Below, one piece after another: positions 50,401 to 61,432 of a stretch of 64,000 bases of DNA. The notes below the pieces were generated by a model. That model saw only the letters and a program-made list of their open reading frames with translations. It was not told the DNA's origin and searched no databases. The DNA comes from an uncultured Bacteroidota bacterium. GTDB taxonomy: Bacteria > Bacteroidota > Ignavibacteria > UBA10030 > UBA6906. The translations under genes and the position numbers were made by a program. Position 1 is the first letter of the stretch. The number at the start of each line of letters is the position of its first letter. Location: assembly GCA_963700635.1 (NCBI GenBank), contig CAVOYH010000003.1:1376001-1440000 (forward strand), written 5' to 3'.

Positions 50401-53400
50401 ACGACACTGGCCGGCGTTCCGCTGCACTGGCGCGGAGGAAGTGCGACGTACCACATTTCGAGCACCGTACCCACAACCACGGATAATTTTGTCGGTGCAA
50501 TCCAGCAGGCATTTGCAGCATGGACGCTTGCCCCGCCGGCGAACTTCACCGAAAACACGCTGGTTGATCCTGACTATCATGTGTTCGCCGGCAACGTCGA
50601 CGGCGTCAACAACATCGTGTATGTCAGTCCGGATAACGCGACACTGTGGCCGGGTAGCGCCACATCCGACGCATGGACCGCAGCAACCGGCGGAGCCGAT
50701 CCGAACGTGATCGCACTGACAAGGGTGCGCTACAACACCCTGAACGGTGAGATTACGGATGCTGACATCGCCATCAATGCCGTCAATCCGCTCTTTCAAT
50801 ACAAAACCGACGGCTCAACACTCGGTTTTCTGGATCTGCAGAATGTGATCACCCATGAGGCGGGCCACTTCGGCGGAATGGGAGACATTTACAATCTTGG
50901 CGATGCCCCGTATGTCGCCGAAATGGGTTCGGGTAATGAGAATGTTGCCATGTACGGCATTATCAAAGGATCCTCGGTCACGGGTGTCGTTGAAACGAAA
51001 AAGCGTGTCATTCAGGCCCCTGATAAGGCGGGCATCAGTTTTATCTACGGCAGCCTGCCACCGTCAGGAATTGATGTCGTCATTCTTATTGACGGCTCGA
51101 CCACGTTTTCGTCAACCTATAACGCGTTCTCCCCCTCATTGAAGGGTGCACGGAACCTCGTTCTGAACATGAGGGACGGTGACCGGGTGGGCATTGTGAA
51201 ACTCCCAAGCACCACCGTTCTGGGCCTGACGCCTGTGAACACCGGGAAGAATGCAGTTCTGGCGGCATTGACCGGACTGACGGTCGGGGGAACAAGCGGG
51301 ATCGGACAGGGACTGCAGGTTGCAAGCGGACTCCTGACCGGTGCAACCCAGACTACGAATCAAAGGGCGATGCTCCTTTTTAGTGCGGGCGAAGAAACCG
51401 GTACGCCGGGAGCTCTGAGTCCGGGTGTGCTTTCGACGGTGCAAGCTGCAGGAGCGCAGGTGTATACCATGGGCTTCACCGGGAGTTTCGGGCAGGCGCT
51501 GGGAGCCAACCTTGCGCAATATTCTGGTGGAGGGTATTATATCGCCAGCGATCCCGGTGCACCGGGTGGCATCGCTACTTCCGATGCGATGATGATCAAC
51601 GTTGTGGATCAGATGTGGACACGACTTTCCGGCCTTCATCTGACGTATCAAGACTCCATCCCTTCAGGTTCCTTTGAGTACGGGAACGGGTTTGTGAGTG
51701 GCCAGCCGGGCTTTGTGAGTGGCCAGCCCGGGTTTGTCACCGGCCAGCCGGGTATCATCACCGGTCAACCCGGCTTTGTAAGCGGTCAACCGGGCTTTGT
51801 GTCCGGTCAGCCGGGTATTGTGAGCGGTCAACCCGGCTTTGTGAGCGGTCAACCCGGCTTTGTGAGCGGTCAGCCTGGCTTTGTGAGCGGTCAGCCGGCA
51901 ATTGTGGACGAGGGGACCACGATTATTGTCCCTGCGGCTACTGTCGGCGGTGCGTCTGTGCCATTGGGCAAGGCGAACGCAACGACCGCTGTTGGAGACT
52001 CGAAGGTCCAGTTGGGATTGATTGTCCCGGGCGGAGCATATCCTGATCCGGCAACGGCGCCCTCACAGTTCGTCGATGGGGGTTCCGGCCAGATTATCAT
52101 CTCCCCATACTATCTGTTCTATGTCTGGGGTGTCATTCTGCCGGAGAGTATTCCGTTTATCAAACAGAGGCCTTCCGAGTTCTTCTCTGATATCAGCTAC
52201 GTTCAGGGGGACAAGTTCGCCTACTATGTCATCAAGAACCCCAAAAAGGGGATGTGGAGTCTGATCACCGCGGGCGATCCTCAGAATGATCTGACTGCCC
52301 CGGTTACCGTTGCGCTCACCGTTACTGCCATCCGAGATGTAAACATGAGCGTCACGTTTGACAGGTCCTCGTACCAGCTCGGTAACTCGGTCACGGTCTC
52401 TGCGGTGCTCAAGGACGGGCGCGGCAACGGAAACCAGGCGGTTGATGAGTACGGCGGAGGAAATCCCGGCGGCTCAACAGGCGGAGGCCCGGTTACGAAT
52501 GCGACTGTTCAAGCGGTTGTGACACCTCCCGGAGGCGGCTCGTCGGAAACGATCGCCATGACACACATGGGCGGCGGGGTCTATACGGGTTCCTTTACGA
52601 ACACGGCGTTTGCCGGATCGTATGACTTCAGCGTCACAGCAACAGGTGTTCTGGTCGGTCAGACCGAACCCTACACCCGCAACTATAAGCAGTCGGTGCA
52701 TGTCGCGACTCCATTCAGCTGGAATACCGTCATGCTCGCCACGAACAGCGCCGTTATTGGAGAGAAGTCCACGATCCATTCGGGGAGCATCGTCGTGAAC
52801 AACCAGCGGTCAGCATCGCCGGATCCGCTCCTGCCTGAACTCACCATCGGAGAAAAAGCGTCAACGCCCGAAAATTACAAGGTTGCGGCATCGCGCATAC
52901 TGATCCGTGACAAGGCAAGTATTGGTGGCGACGTCTTCTACAATTCACTCACGAACGGTGGTACCATAAGTGGCACGGAACAGGCGCCACTGTCGTTACC
53001 GGTTGTGCGCACATTGCCTCCATTCGAAACGGCGACCGTAGGAACGAACAACCTCACCGTGGCTGAGAAAAAAGTGACCACGATTAGTCCGGGTAACTAT
53101 GGCAACGTCGTGGTACAATCCAAGGCAAGCCTCGTATTTTCCAATGGCGGCGTCTACAACTTCAAGACACTCTGGGTGAAAGAAAAAGCGAAACTTGTGT
53201 TCAACGGTCCGACACATGTCAGGGTCCTCCTCGCCGTAAGAGCAGACGAAGCTTCGTATGTCGGACCGGCACAGGGTACGACGTTTGATCCGGCGGGTAT
53301 AGTGATCTATGTAGGAGGAACGGGTTCAGGCAGCGATTTTGCGTCATCGGTAATGGCAGGTGAGAAGACCGCGCTGTTTGCGAACTTCTATGCACCGAAC

Positions 53401-53856
53401 GGGACGATTTCTCTCGGCGGAAAGACGGAGCTCACCGGCGCCCTGTTCGGACGCGACATCGTGCTCGGAGAGAAGGTGGACCTTACGCTCGCAACCTCGT
53501 TCCTCGGATTACAGAAAGAAGAACGGTCTCCATGGACGCGGGAGCCGGGCGACGCAGCGGCGGGTGCTACACTCCCCACCGTCTTTGCCATGGATCAGAA
53601 TTACCCGAATCCGTTTAATCCGACAACCGTTATCAACTACCAGTTGCCGGCGCAGCGTGCTGTTACATTCACCGTCTACAACACGCTCGGGCAAGAGGTG
53701 GTTACGCTGGTTAATGAGGTGCAGCCGGCCGGAAACTATTCCCTCACGTGGGATGGAAAGAACCAGGCCGGGTATGCCGTGAGCACCGGGGTGTACATTT
53801 ACAAACTGCAGGCGGGCAGCTTTGTCGATATCAAGAAGATGATGCTGCTGAAATAA
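47447..53856 (+). CDS. Giant (~2,136 aa) T9SS-secreted protein: beta-helix, metzincin, vWA, heptapeptide repeat, second beta-helix and CTD; 1-nt frameshift near 50158
   Basis: GSLRQAI, repeated GNYIGT/NVISGN and GLGIDLG. Adding one base at ~50158 restores YRAEFFSN..EGQFFLG and joins the two ORFs. [17 protein letters not shown] and QNYPNPFNP follow. Confidence 0.85.
51688..51897 (+). repeat. Ten tandem 21-bp coding repeats (G-F/I-V/I-S/T-G-Q-P)
   Basis: GFVSGQP x7 plus [14 protein letters not shown] and GIVSGQP, with synonymous codon variation. Confidence 0.95.
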
Positions 53857-53887
53857 TCCCCCGGAGGCACGGCGGGACAATTGTAAC

Positions 53888-53930
53888 ACCAAGCTACCGC
53901 GGATACTGTGTCTGCGGTAGCTTGGTTTTT
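53888..53930 (+). terminator. Rho-independent terminator
   Basis: ACCAAGCTACCGCGGA...TCTGCGGTAGCTTGGT hairpin running into a T-tract. Confidence 0.8.
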
Positions 53931-53974
53931 GTACGTAAACGTGGTACCTTTATGCTCCTTCTGCCTGAACGGGA

Positions 53975-56900
53975 ATGAACGAAACCCAATTTACACGATA
54001 TACAACCAGCTGGCTGCGTGCAGTGCCTGCGGTCGGCCTGGTACTCCTTGCCCTGCTGTGCGTGCAGGATTCTTCCGCCCAGCGGAAGTACACATTCGAA
54101 CACCTGACGGTGAAACACGGACTCTCGCAGGGAAGTGTGCTCTGTATCCTTCAGGACAGCAAGGGATTTATGTGGTTCGGCACCCAGGATGGGCTGAACA
54201 GGTACGACGGGTACCACGTCAAGGTCTTCAAGAATATCCCCGGAGACTCCACGTCCCTGAACGGAAGTTATATCCTCACCATCGCCGAAGATTCCAACCA
54301 GACCCTCTGGATCCGCACCAACGAGGGCGGAACCATACTCAACCGGTTTGACCGCGCGACAGAATCGTTCACGCAGGTCCCGGGTGACAGCGTTAATCTT
54401 CTCCATGCCCAAAAAAATGTTTCACGGCAGGAATACGACGAACCTTCCGGCGTGCAGTGGCGGGGTACAGCAAGAGGCTCTGGTCTGACACGGTTCGATC
54501 CCCGGAACGGCACGACCACTGTCTTCAAACATGACCCATCTGATCCTCACAGCCTCATTGACAATCGGATCTACTATATCTACGGGGACCGCGGGGGAAC
54601 TATTTGGGTCGGAACCCGCATCGGGCTCGACCGGTTCAATGATGAGACCGGAACATTCACTCACTACACGCATCAGCCGAATAATCCGAACAGCCTCAGT
54701 GACAGCTGGGTATGGCCGATTTTCGAAGATAAGGCCGGTATCCTCTGGGTCGGGACATACAACGGCGGACTGAACCGGTTCGACCGGAAGACCGGGACAT
54801 TTACCCGGTATTTGCATGAAGAAGCCAACCCGAGGAGTCTTAATGGTAATCAACTCCTCTCAATCAACCAGGATCGATCGGGGATGATCTGGGTTGGCAT
54901 CGATGGCCAGGGAGTGGATCGGTTTCACCCGGACCTTGGTGCGTTCAACAATTTTATGAATGATCCCAAGAATCCAGCGAGTCTTCTGAACAATAATGTC
55001 GTCGGCCTTTACGTCGATCAATCTGGTGTCCCATGGATAGGCAGTAAAGCAGGGCTGAGCCGCCTGAATCGGAGGACGGGAAAGTTTGACCATTTCCGAC
55101 CTGATGCTGCCAGACCATCGAGTCTTGGCGGAAACATGCCCCACGTATTCCTTGAAGACAAAACCGGGGAGATGTGGATAGGATTGATCGGCGGAGGGAT
55201 TGATCGATTCGACCGGAAGCGCGGCACCTTCACGCACTACAAACACAATCCGTCCAACCCGAAAAGCCTGAGCGGCAATGAGGTGTATGCGCTCTATGAG
55301 GATCGGAGCGGTGTCATCTGGGCCGGGACGTTTAACACGGGCCTGGATCGGTTCGACCGGGCTACAGGCACGTTTACAAACTACCACCATGTGGATTCCA
55401 TTCCCGGGAGTCTCGGCGGCGGCGGTGTCTTCGCCCTGCTGGAAGACAGGGCGGGAGATTTCTGGGTAGGGACGTTCGGCGGAGGTCTGGACCGGTTTGA
55501 CCGGGAGCGCGGGGTGTTCACCCACTTCAAACACGACGATGCAGATTCCAGCAGCCTGAGCAACGATCTGATCGCGTGTCTGTATGAGGACCGTGCGGGA
55601 ACCCTCTGGATTGGAACAGCAGGCGGCTTGAACCGGATGGACCGTGCAGCCGGCACATTCCGGTCATACCATGTGAAAGACGGACTGCCCGATGATGTCG
55701 TGCTGGGAATCCTGGAAGATTCGGGCGGAATTCTCTGGCTCAGCACCAACAAGGGTCTCTCGAAGTTTGATCCGCGGATGGAAACCTTCCGGAACTTCGA
55801 CTATAACGACGGCCTCCCGGGTGATGAATTTAACCAGGGGGCATACGCTCTCGACCCCCGTTCGGGAGAGATGTTCTTCGGCGGGACAAACGGGTTTACA
55901 CTGTTCCATCCCGACAGTATCTTCGATAACACGTACGTGCCCCCTGTCGCCTTTAGTTCGTTTGTCCGTTACAACACCGACGATGAAGAGGGAAAACCGA
56001 TCGAGGAGCGGGGAATCGAAGCACGCCCGCTTATCACACTTACCTACAAGGATAATGTCGCCAGTTTGTCGTTTTCAGCATTCAGCTTCTATAACAATTT
56101 CAAGAATCAGTATGCGTACAAGCTGGAGGGGTTCAGCGACAACTGGATTCAGCTCGGGACCGAGCCGCGGGCAACATTCACGAACCTGGATGCCGGGGAG
56201 TATGTTCTCCGGGTCAAGGGCTCCAACAGCGAAGGCGTGTGGAACACTGAGGGAGCTTCCCTGAATCTGGTTGTTACTCCCCCGTGGTGGGAAACTCGGT
56301 GGGCGTACGCCATCTATGCCTTCCTTGGGTTCAGCCTTCTGTTTTTTGTTCGCCGGGTGGAGATCAACCGTCGCGAGCAGAAAGCAAAGATCCGGGAATC
56401 AGAGCTTCAACGGAAGGCGATGGAGGCAGAAAAACGAACTCTTGAGGCGGAGAACGAGCGGAAATCAAAGGAATTGGAGGAGGCCCGGCAGTTGCAGCTC
56501 TCCATGCTGCCGGCAAAACTCCCTGAACATCCCCATCTCCAGATCGCCGTGCATATGCAGACGGCCACGGAAGTGGGGGGGGACTACTACGATTTTAACG
56601 AGGAGGCAAATGGAGTGCTGCATGTGGCATTCGGTGATGCGACCGGCCATGGTATGCAGGCAGGCACCATTGTGGCCTTGATGAAGGGGATGTTTGTATC
56701 CGATGCAACCCGGCTCGATTTGAAGGAGTTTATGAGTCACTGCACCCGCTCATTCAAGGGGATACGGCTGGGGAGATTGCTGATGGCGTTAAGCGTATTG
56801 AAGATTCAGGACCGGAAGGTGAGTTTCACATCGGGAGGGATGCCCCCCGCGTACATCTACAGGAGTCAGGACTCCCGGATCGAAGAAATCCTCCTGAAGG

Positions 56901-57178
56901 GGATGCCTCTGGGTGCCATGAAGAATTTTCCGTATGCGGTGGAGGAACACCACCTGAATCCGGGCGACGTGATCCTGCTCCTGAGCGATGGCCTTCCGGA
57001 GCAGAAGAATGCCGGGGGGGAGATGTTCGGATATGACCGCGTGGAGGAGGGGCTCCGCCAGGTTGCCCGGCGCAGTCCGGAAGAAATTGTGCAATATTTC
57101 CTCGCGGCAGGGGAGACATGGATGGACGGCGTTGCGCAGGATGATGACATTACGCTGATGGTCATTAAAATGAAATGA
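53975..57178 (+). CDS. Periplasmic beta-propeller/YYY sensor fused to a SpoIIE/PP2C phosphatase
   Basis: Reg_prop repeats (D..G.LWVGT..GLNRFD), YAYKLEG/TNLDAGEY/PPWW, TM helix, coiled coil, EVGGDYYD, DATGHG, SDG and DDIT. Confidence 0.93.
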   Translation: MNETQFTRYTTSWLRAVPAVGLVLLALLCVQDSSAQRKYTFEHLTVKHGLSQGSVLCILQDSKGFMWFGTQDGLNRYDGYHVKVFKNIPGDSTSLNGSYILTIAEDSNQTLWIRTNEGGTILNRFDRATESFTQVPGDSVNLLHAQKNVSRQEYDEPSGVQWRGTARGSGLTRFDPRNGTTTVFKHDPSDPHSLIDNRIYYIYGDRGGTIWVGTRIGLDRFNDETGTFTHYTHQPNNPNSLSDSWVWPIFEDKAGILWVGTYNGGLNRFDRKTGTFTRYLHEEANPRSLNGNQLLSINQDRSGMIWVGIDGQGVDRFHPDLGAFNNFMNDPKNPASLLNNNVVGLYVDQSGVPWIGSKAGLSRLNRRTGKFDHFRPDAARPSSLGGNMPHVFLEDKTGEMWIGLIGGGIDRFDRKRGTFTHYKHNPSNPKSLSGNEVYALYEDRSGVIWAGTFNTGLDRFDRATGTFTNYHHVDSIPGSLGGGGVFALLEDRAGDFWVGTFGGGLDRFDRERGVFTHFKHDDADSSSLSNDLIACLYEDRAGTLWIGTAGGLNRMDRAAGTFRSYHVKDGLPDDVVLGILEDSGGILWLSTNKGLSKFDPRMETFRNFDYNDGLPGDEFNQGAYALDPRSGEMFFGGTNGFTLFHPDSIFDNTYVPPVAFSSFVRYNTDDEEGKPIEERGIEARPLITLTYKDNVASLSFSAFSFYNNFKNQYAYKLEGFSDNWIQLGTEPRATFTNLDAGEYVLRVKGSNSEGVWNTEGASLNLVVTPPWWETRWAYAIYAFLGFSLLFFVRRVEINRREQKAKIRESELQRKAMEAEKRTLEAENERKSKELEEARQLQLSMLPAKLPEHPHLQIAVHMQTATEVGGDYYDFNEEANGVLHVAFGDATGHGMQAGTIVALMKGMFVSDATRLDLKEFMSHCTRSFKGIRLGRLLMALSVLKIQDRKVSFTSGGMPPAYIYRSQDSRIEEILLKGMPLGAMKNFPYAVEEHHLNPGDVILLLSDGLPEQKNAGGEMFGYDRVEEGLRQVARRSPEEIVQYFLAAGETWMDGVAQDDDITLMVIKMK

Positions 57179-57262
57179 GGAAGGTTGATGGGTGCTGTGC
57201 AGGCCGATGCTGACCTAGCTTCTCGAGAACCAGTTTCATCTGTCAATTTCCTGGCGACTGGG

Positions 57263-58480
57263 ATGAACTTCAGAATCAGATCAGCGGCGCTCCTCTTTTT
57301 GTTTCCGGTAATGTTAGTGCCGAGTGAAGTCACCGCACAGGAGCAGTATCTCGTTATCAATATTGCCCCTGAGGAAGAAACAGCGATTGCTGTCGGGCAG
57401 ATCCGGCAGACCATGAAGCGGAGCCCCTCCGATCATGTTCGCCTGGGCGTCGGTGCCATTTTTTCATACCTCGACACATCGCGGGAACGGTGCACGGAGG
57501 AGCTGCTCGAGTTCCTTTCGCTTGCAGAGCGTTACGACATACCGGTTGTTGTCCAGCTTGACGGCGAACAATGGTGGAAAGCCCGTCCGGATTTATGGAA
57601 CTGGTGGGATCCCGGGCTCCCTGGCTATGATCCAGAGAACCGGCTGAACGTCGAGTGGTCGGGATGGGGGCCCGAACACGCGATGAAGATAGCCTGGCGC
57701 AACTGGGGTGAACAGATACGGGTTCTGCCGCCTCCCAACTTTATGAGCCCCCGCTACCGGAAAGCCTGTCATGAAGAAATGCGGATACATATTCCCCTGA
57801 TTCTGCGGTGGTGGGCGAACCTGCCTGATGAGAAAAAGTACCTGCTGATTGGAGTCAAGCTGGGCTGGGAAACCGCCATCGGCGTAAACTCGTTCTACTA
57901 CCCGAACGGGAATGCGCTCCTGGACGCCCCCGAAATTGATGACCCCCGTACCGAACTCAAGGGTGACGATATACCCGGTCGTGGTGTCAAAGCGATCGGG
58001 TATGCCGCAGTATCGACTGCCCGTCTGGCCCACAGGGGAGTGCTGCAGGAAGAGCACCTGGCGGAGATCGTCAGACGTCACCTGGCCGACCTTTGTGCGC
58101 TGGCTGCCGGACTCGGCGTTCCCCGCGAGAAGTTGTTCACGCATGTGGGCGGCTGGAAGGAAGAAGAACTTCTTTACGAGGGCGCCCTGAATGATTACTC
58201 ATGCCCCGGATGGAGCTTCTACAGGCATGCGAAAGATCCCGCAAAAGACGCGGGGGTACAAAAGGCCCTGCGGAAGAGCAACGCCCCGTTCTGGGCCGCG
58301 GCCGAATGGCTATTGATGGGGAAAAACGACAAGCAGGCATGGCTCAACGCACTCGGGCGGACATTGTCCGATCCGGCATGCCGGTATGTGTGCATCTACA
58401 ATTGGAGCGGTATCAAAGATGATCGCGCAGCCCTCGACGCGATTCAGGATATGCTTGATGCCCGGGAAGTTCATCCCTGA
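57263..58480 (+). CDS. Exported hypothetical protein, possibly glycoside-hydrolase-like TIM barrel
   Basis: Long Trp-rich ORF with signal-like N-terminus from ATG 57263; GWE and AAEW could supply catalytic Glu residues (inference only). Confidence 0.6.
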   Translation: MNFRIRSAALLFLFPVMLVPSEVTAQEQYLVINIAPEEETAIAVGQIRQTMKRSPSDHVRLGVGAIFSYLDTSRERCTEELLEFLSLAERYDIPVVVQLDGEQWWKARPDLWNWWDPGLPGYDPENRLNVEWSGWGPEHAMKIAWRNWGEQIRVLPPPNFMSPRYRKACHEEMRIHIPLILRWWANLPDEKKYLLIGVKLGWETAIGVNSFYYPNGNALLDAPEIDDPRTELKGDDIPGRGVKAIGYAAVSTARLAHRGVLQEEHLAEIVRRHLADLCALAAGLGVPREKLFTHVGGWKEEELLYEGALNDYSCPGWSFYRHAKDPAKDAGVQKALRKSNAPFWAAAEWLLMGKNDKQAWLNALGRTLSDPACRYVCIYNWSGIKDDRAALDAIQDMLDAREVHP

Positions 58481-58553
58481 TATGGATACGATGTGAGTAA
58501 CGCACCGGCTGCGGGGTGTACAAGCTGCCGGTGTTTGTGAAGCCGGCCACCCT

Positions 58554-59720
58554 CTACAGATAGCTCAGCCAGGGTTCTTTGCGCCGGCGTTTTACCCCGG
58601 CAAACCACCGGCAGGGGAGGTAGAGGAGCAGAATAACCGAGACCCACACCAGATACACAATCCCCAGATTGAACCCGTACGTTGCGGGCCATTGGTCCCA
58701 GAGAACATTGGAGAAAAGAAAACTGATGTCGTGTACGGTCAGCGAGGCGGCAATGACAGCGAGACCGTGAATGAGATACAGGTGCAGAACGTAATAGAAG
58801 AGCGGCACGCGCCCGAAGACGGTAAGAAAATTTGCGAACCGCCCGTGCCACCGTTCGAGAAGGGGGAGAATGAGGATGGCTGGGCCGAGAGTCATCATCA
58901 GGTAGAGGAGTGAGGGTGGATACTTGTGTGTGTCGATGAAGGAGAGTACGGTCTTCAGCACAGTATCCTGGGAACTCCAGGGATGGGGATCACCGTACAG
59001 ATTCAAAGCCCGCAGCACGACGAACCCACCGACGAGAGCTAAGCCAAGCTTGTAAAGTGTCGCGCGACGCGTGTGCTCTTCCTTCTGTAAAATCCCGCCG
59101 AAAACGTATCCCGCAGCCATCACCCCGATCCAGGGAATAAGGGGGTACGCAACGAAGAATACTCTGTCCACGGCGTACACAATAGGGCTCTGGATATGGA
59201 GGATCTGCCAGAGCCATCCGAACACACCCATTGAAGCGGGGGACACCGCATCGAGGCTGTTGTGCAGCACAATCATGCCGATCGCCAGCACAGCGATTGC
59301 CCTTCGCGGCAGAAACACCAATCCCGAAAGCACCACCATCGACCAGCCGATCGCCCAGATCACCTGCACAAACATGAAGGAATAGTCGAAGTTGAATAAC
59401 CAGGCAAAGCGAACGACGGTGAGTTCGAGAAACACCAACCAGAATCCGCGTGTCAGCAGAAATCGGGAGAGCTCTGATTTGGTTTTGCCGCGGGAGAGTG
59501 AAAGGAACGCCCCGGTTCCTGCCAGGAAGACAAATGCGGGCGCACAATGGTGCGTGACCCACCGGGTAATGAACAGGAGGGACGTGGTTTGTGTGAGGTC
59601 CAGAGGATCAAAACGTGCTGTATGGAAGTAGTCGCGCACGTGGTCCAGGGCCATGATCACCATGGCTATTCCGCGGAGCAGATCGACGGAATTAAGACGA
59701 ACCGCCTTCTTTTCGGCCAC
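58554..59720 (-). CDS. DUF1624 / HGSNAT-like membrane acyltransferase
   Basis: RLNSVDLLRG..MALDHVRD, TRWVTHHCAP.FVFLAG, KYPPSL and GRVPLFYY; GGAGG RBS before GTG 59720. Confidence 0.88.
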   Translation of the reverse strand: MAEKKAVRLNSVDLLRGIAMVIMALDHVRDYFHTARFDPLDLTQTTSLLFITRWVTHHCAPAFVFLAGTGAFLSLSRGKTKSELSRFLLTRGFWLVFLELTVVRFAWLFNFDYSFMFVQVIWAIGWSMVVLSGLVFLPRRAIAVLAIGMIVLHNSLDAVSPASMGVFGWLWQILHIQSPIVYAVDRVFFVAYPLIPWIGVMAAGYVFGGILQKEEHTRRATLYKLGLALVGGFVVLRALNLYGDPHPWSSQDTVLKTVLSFIDTHKYPPSLLYLMMTLGPAILILPLLERWHGRFANFLTVFGRVPLFYYVLHLYLIHGLAVIAASLTVHDISFLFSNVLWDQWPATYGFNLGIVYLVWVSVILLLYLPCRWFAGVKRRRKEPWLSYL

Positions 59721-59956
59721 AGGTCCTCCGGAATTGGGAAAGAACAAAGTGATCCCAAAGAGCGAACTTCCCGGATTGTATGCAACGGAAATCTCCTCCC
59801 GGAAGGGGCCCTGATTCATCGTTGACGGAATCATCGCGTGGAAGAAAAGCGACCTTGCTGTTTGGCCGGTCCAAAGGTATATTTCGGTTGAGACGGGTGC
59901 GCTTGTGCGGGTGCCGCTCTTGTGGGGGAGGAAAAACTGAGCCACGAGGAGGAGAT

Positions 59957-61402
59957 ATGCAGCGAACGGTCTGGACCGGTTTGGGCGCAATGCTGCTGAT
60001 GTTCGGAGTGCACAGAGCAGGATCCCAGGGCATCGTATTCGACACGACAGATGTACAATCTCTGTTCGCCGTCGGGAATACCATCACCACCACCATCGAC
60101 ACAATGACCAGAGTGGCGAACATCGGTACGCCGGGCCAGACGTCCTGGGATTTCGGCGGTCTTTCTACAACGTCGGTAACACGGATGAGGAGCGTGCCTG
60201 TGGGTTCCACTCCGTACGCCACCGACTTTCCTCAGGCGACTCACGCCCTCCGCGACACAACATTCACATATTCCTTTTATTCCGCTTCCCTTGCAACGAC
60301 AGTGACGCTGGTGGGGACGGGAATTCGATACTTTGGTGTGGAGGGTGATCTGCTCGGCTACGGCCTAAAGGGAACCGGGGACGCGTACATCTACGGCAGT
60401 CCGTATCCCGCTCAGGGTCAGTGGCTCAATGCGCCGGCATCCGTGGAGTACGACCTCCCGCTCCAGATCTCCACAAGCTGGATCGCCGATTACACAGAGT
60501 CCATTGCGGGCACCGCCTTCGTCAGTGGCATCACGTTTCCATTCGGACCCATTACCACACACCATACGATCACGTACACCGTTGATGCCTATGGCACACT
60601 CAATCTTCCCGGAGGCCAGGTGCAGGAAGCCCTCCGAATCCGAAAAATGGACCGGTTCATGAGTGGCACAACCATCGGAGTTCGCGCCGGATACATCTTC
60701 CTGGCCAAAAACGGCTCGACGGTTACACTGACAGTGATCGACACCTCCGCCACCAGCGGCACGGTGGCCGTGACTGATGTACAATGGTCAGCCCCCGGGA
60801 GCGATCTCCCGGTCCCCATTGAACTGGCCGGTTTCACGGCTGCGCGGCGGGACGGAGGATCCGTAACACTCACATGGACGACCCTTTCAGAGACCAACAA
60901 CTTTGGATTCACCGTGCAACGGAAAATTCCGCATGGCCCGGAGTACGTCGATGTGCCGGGCTCGTTTGTAGCAGGTCATGGCACCACCGTTGTCCGGCAG
61001 GAATACAGCTATGTTGACAATCCCGGGAGTGCGGAAGTTCTCTGGTACCGGCTGAAGCAGGTTGACCTCGACGGGGCTTTGTTTTTCTCTGACCCGGTTC
61101 AGGTTGGCGCGACAACGGGGGTGAGGGAAATTGCGCCGTTGTCCTTCGAGCTTTTGCAGAATTACCCCAACCCCTTCAATCCATCCACCACGATCAGTTA
61201 CACTGTACCGGCCCGATTGCCGGTGACGCTGACCCTTTGGAACGTCTATGGCCAGCAGGTGGCGGTTCTGCATCATGCTGTCCAGGATGCCGGACGCCAT
61301 CAAATCCGGTTTGACGGGAGCGGGCTCTCCAGCGGTGTGTACTTCTACAAGCTGCAGGCGGGACCGTACGTTTTAACGAAGCCGCTCGTTTTTATGAAAT
61401 GA
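59957..61402 (+). CDS. Secreted Thr-rich beta protein with T9SS CTD
   Basis: AGGAGGAG RBS, signal peptide, PVPIELAGFTA...SETNNFGF...YRLKQVDLDG module and QNYPNPFNP. Confidence 0.85.
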   Translation: MQRTVWTGLGAMLLMFGVHRAGSQGIVFDTTDVQSLFAVGNTITTTIDTMTRVANIGTPGQTSWDFGGLSTTSVTRMRSVPVGSTPYATDFPQATHALRDTTFTYSFYSASLATTVTLVGTGIRYFGVEGDLLGYGLKGTGDAYIYGSPYPAQGQWLNAPASVEYDLPLQISTSWIADYTESIAGTAFVSGITFPFGPITTHHTITYTVDAYGTLNLPGGQVQEALRIRKMDRFMSGTTIGVRAGYIFLAKNGSTVTLTVIDTSATSGTVAVTDVQWSAPGSDLPVPIELAGFTAARRDGGSVTLTWTTLSETNNFGFTVQRKIPHGPEYVDVPGSFVAGHGTTVVRQEYSYVDNPGSAEVLWYRLKQVDLDGALFFSDPVQVGATTGVREIAPLSFELLQNYPNPFNPSTTISYTVPARLPVTLTLWNVYGQQVAVLHHAVQDAGRHQIRFDGSGLSSGVYFYKLQAGPYVLTKPLVFMK

Positions 61403-61432
61403 AACTCCTCATGTACTATTCGAGAACCTACC

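Noticed and set aside
51688-51897. Possible CRISPR array
   Set aside because: 21-bp units are contiguous with no spacers, are in frame within a CDS, and no cas genes are present.
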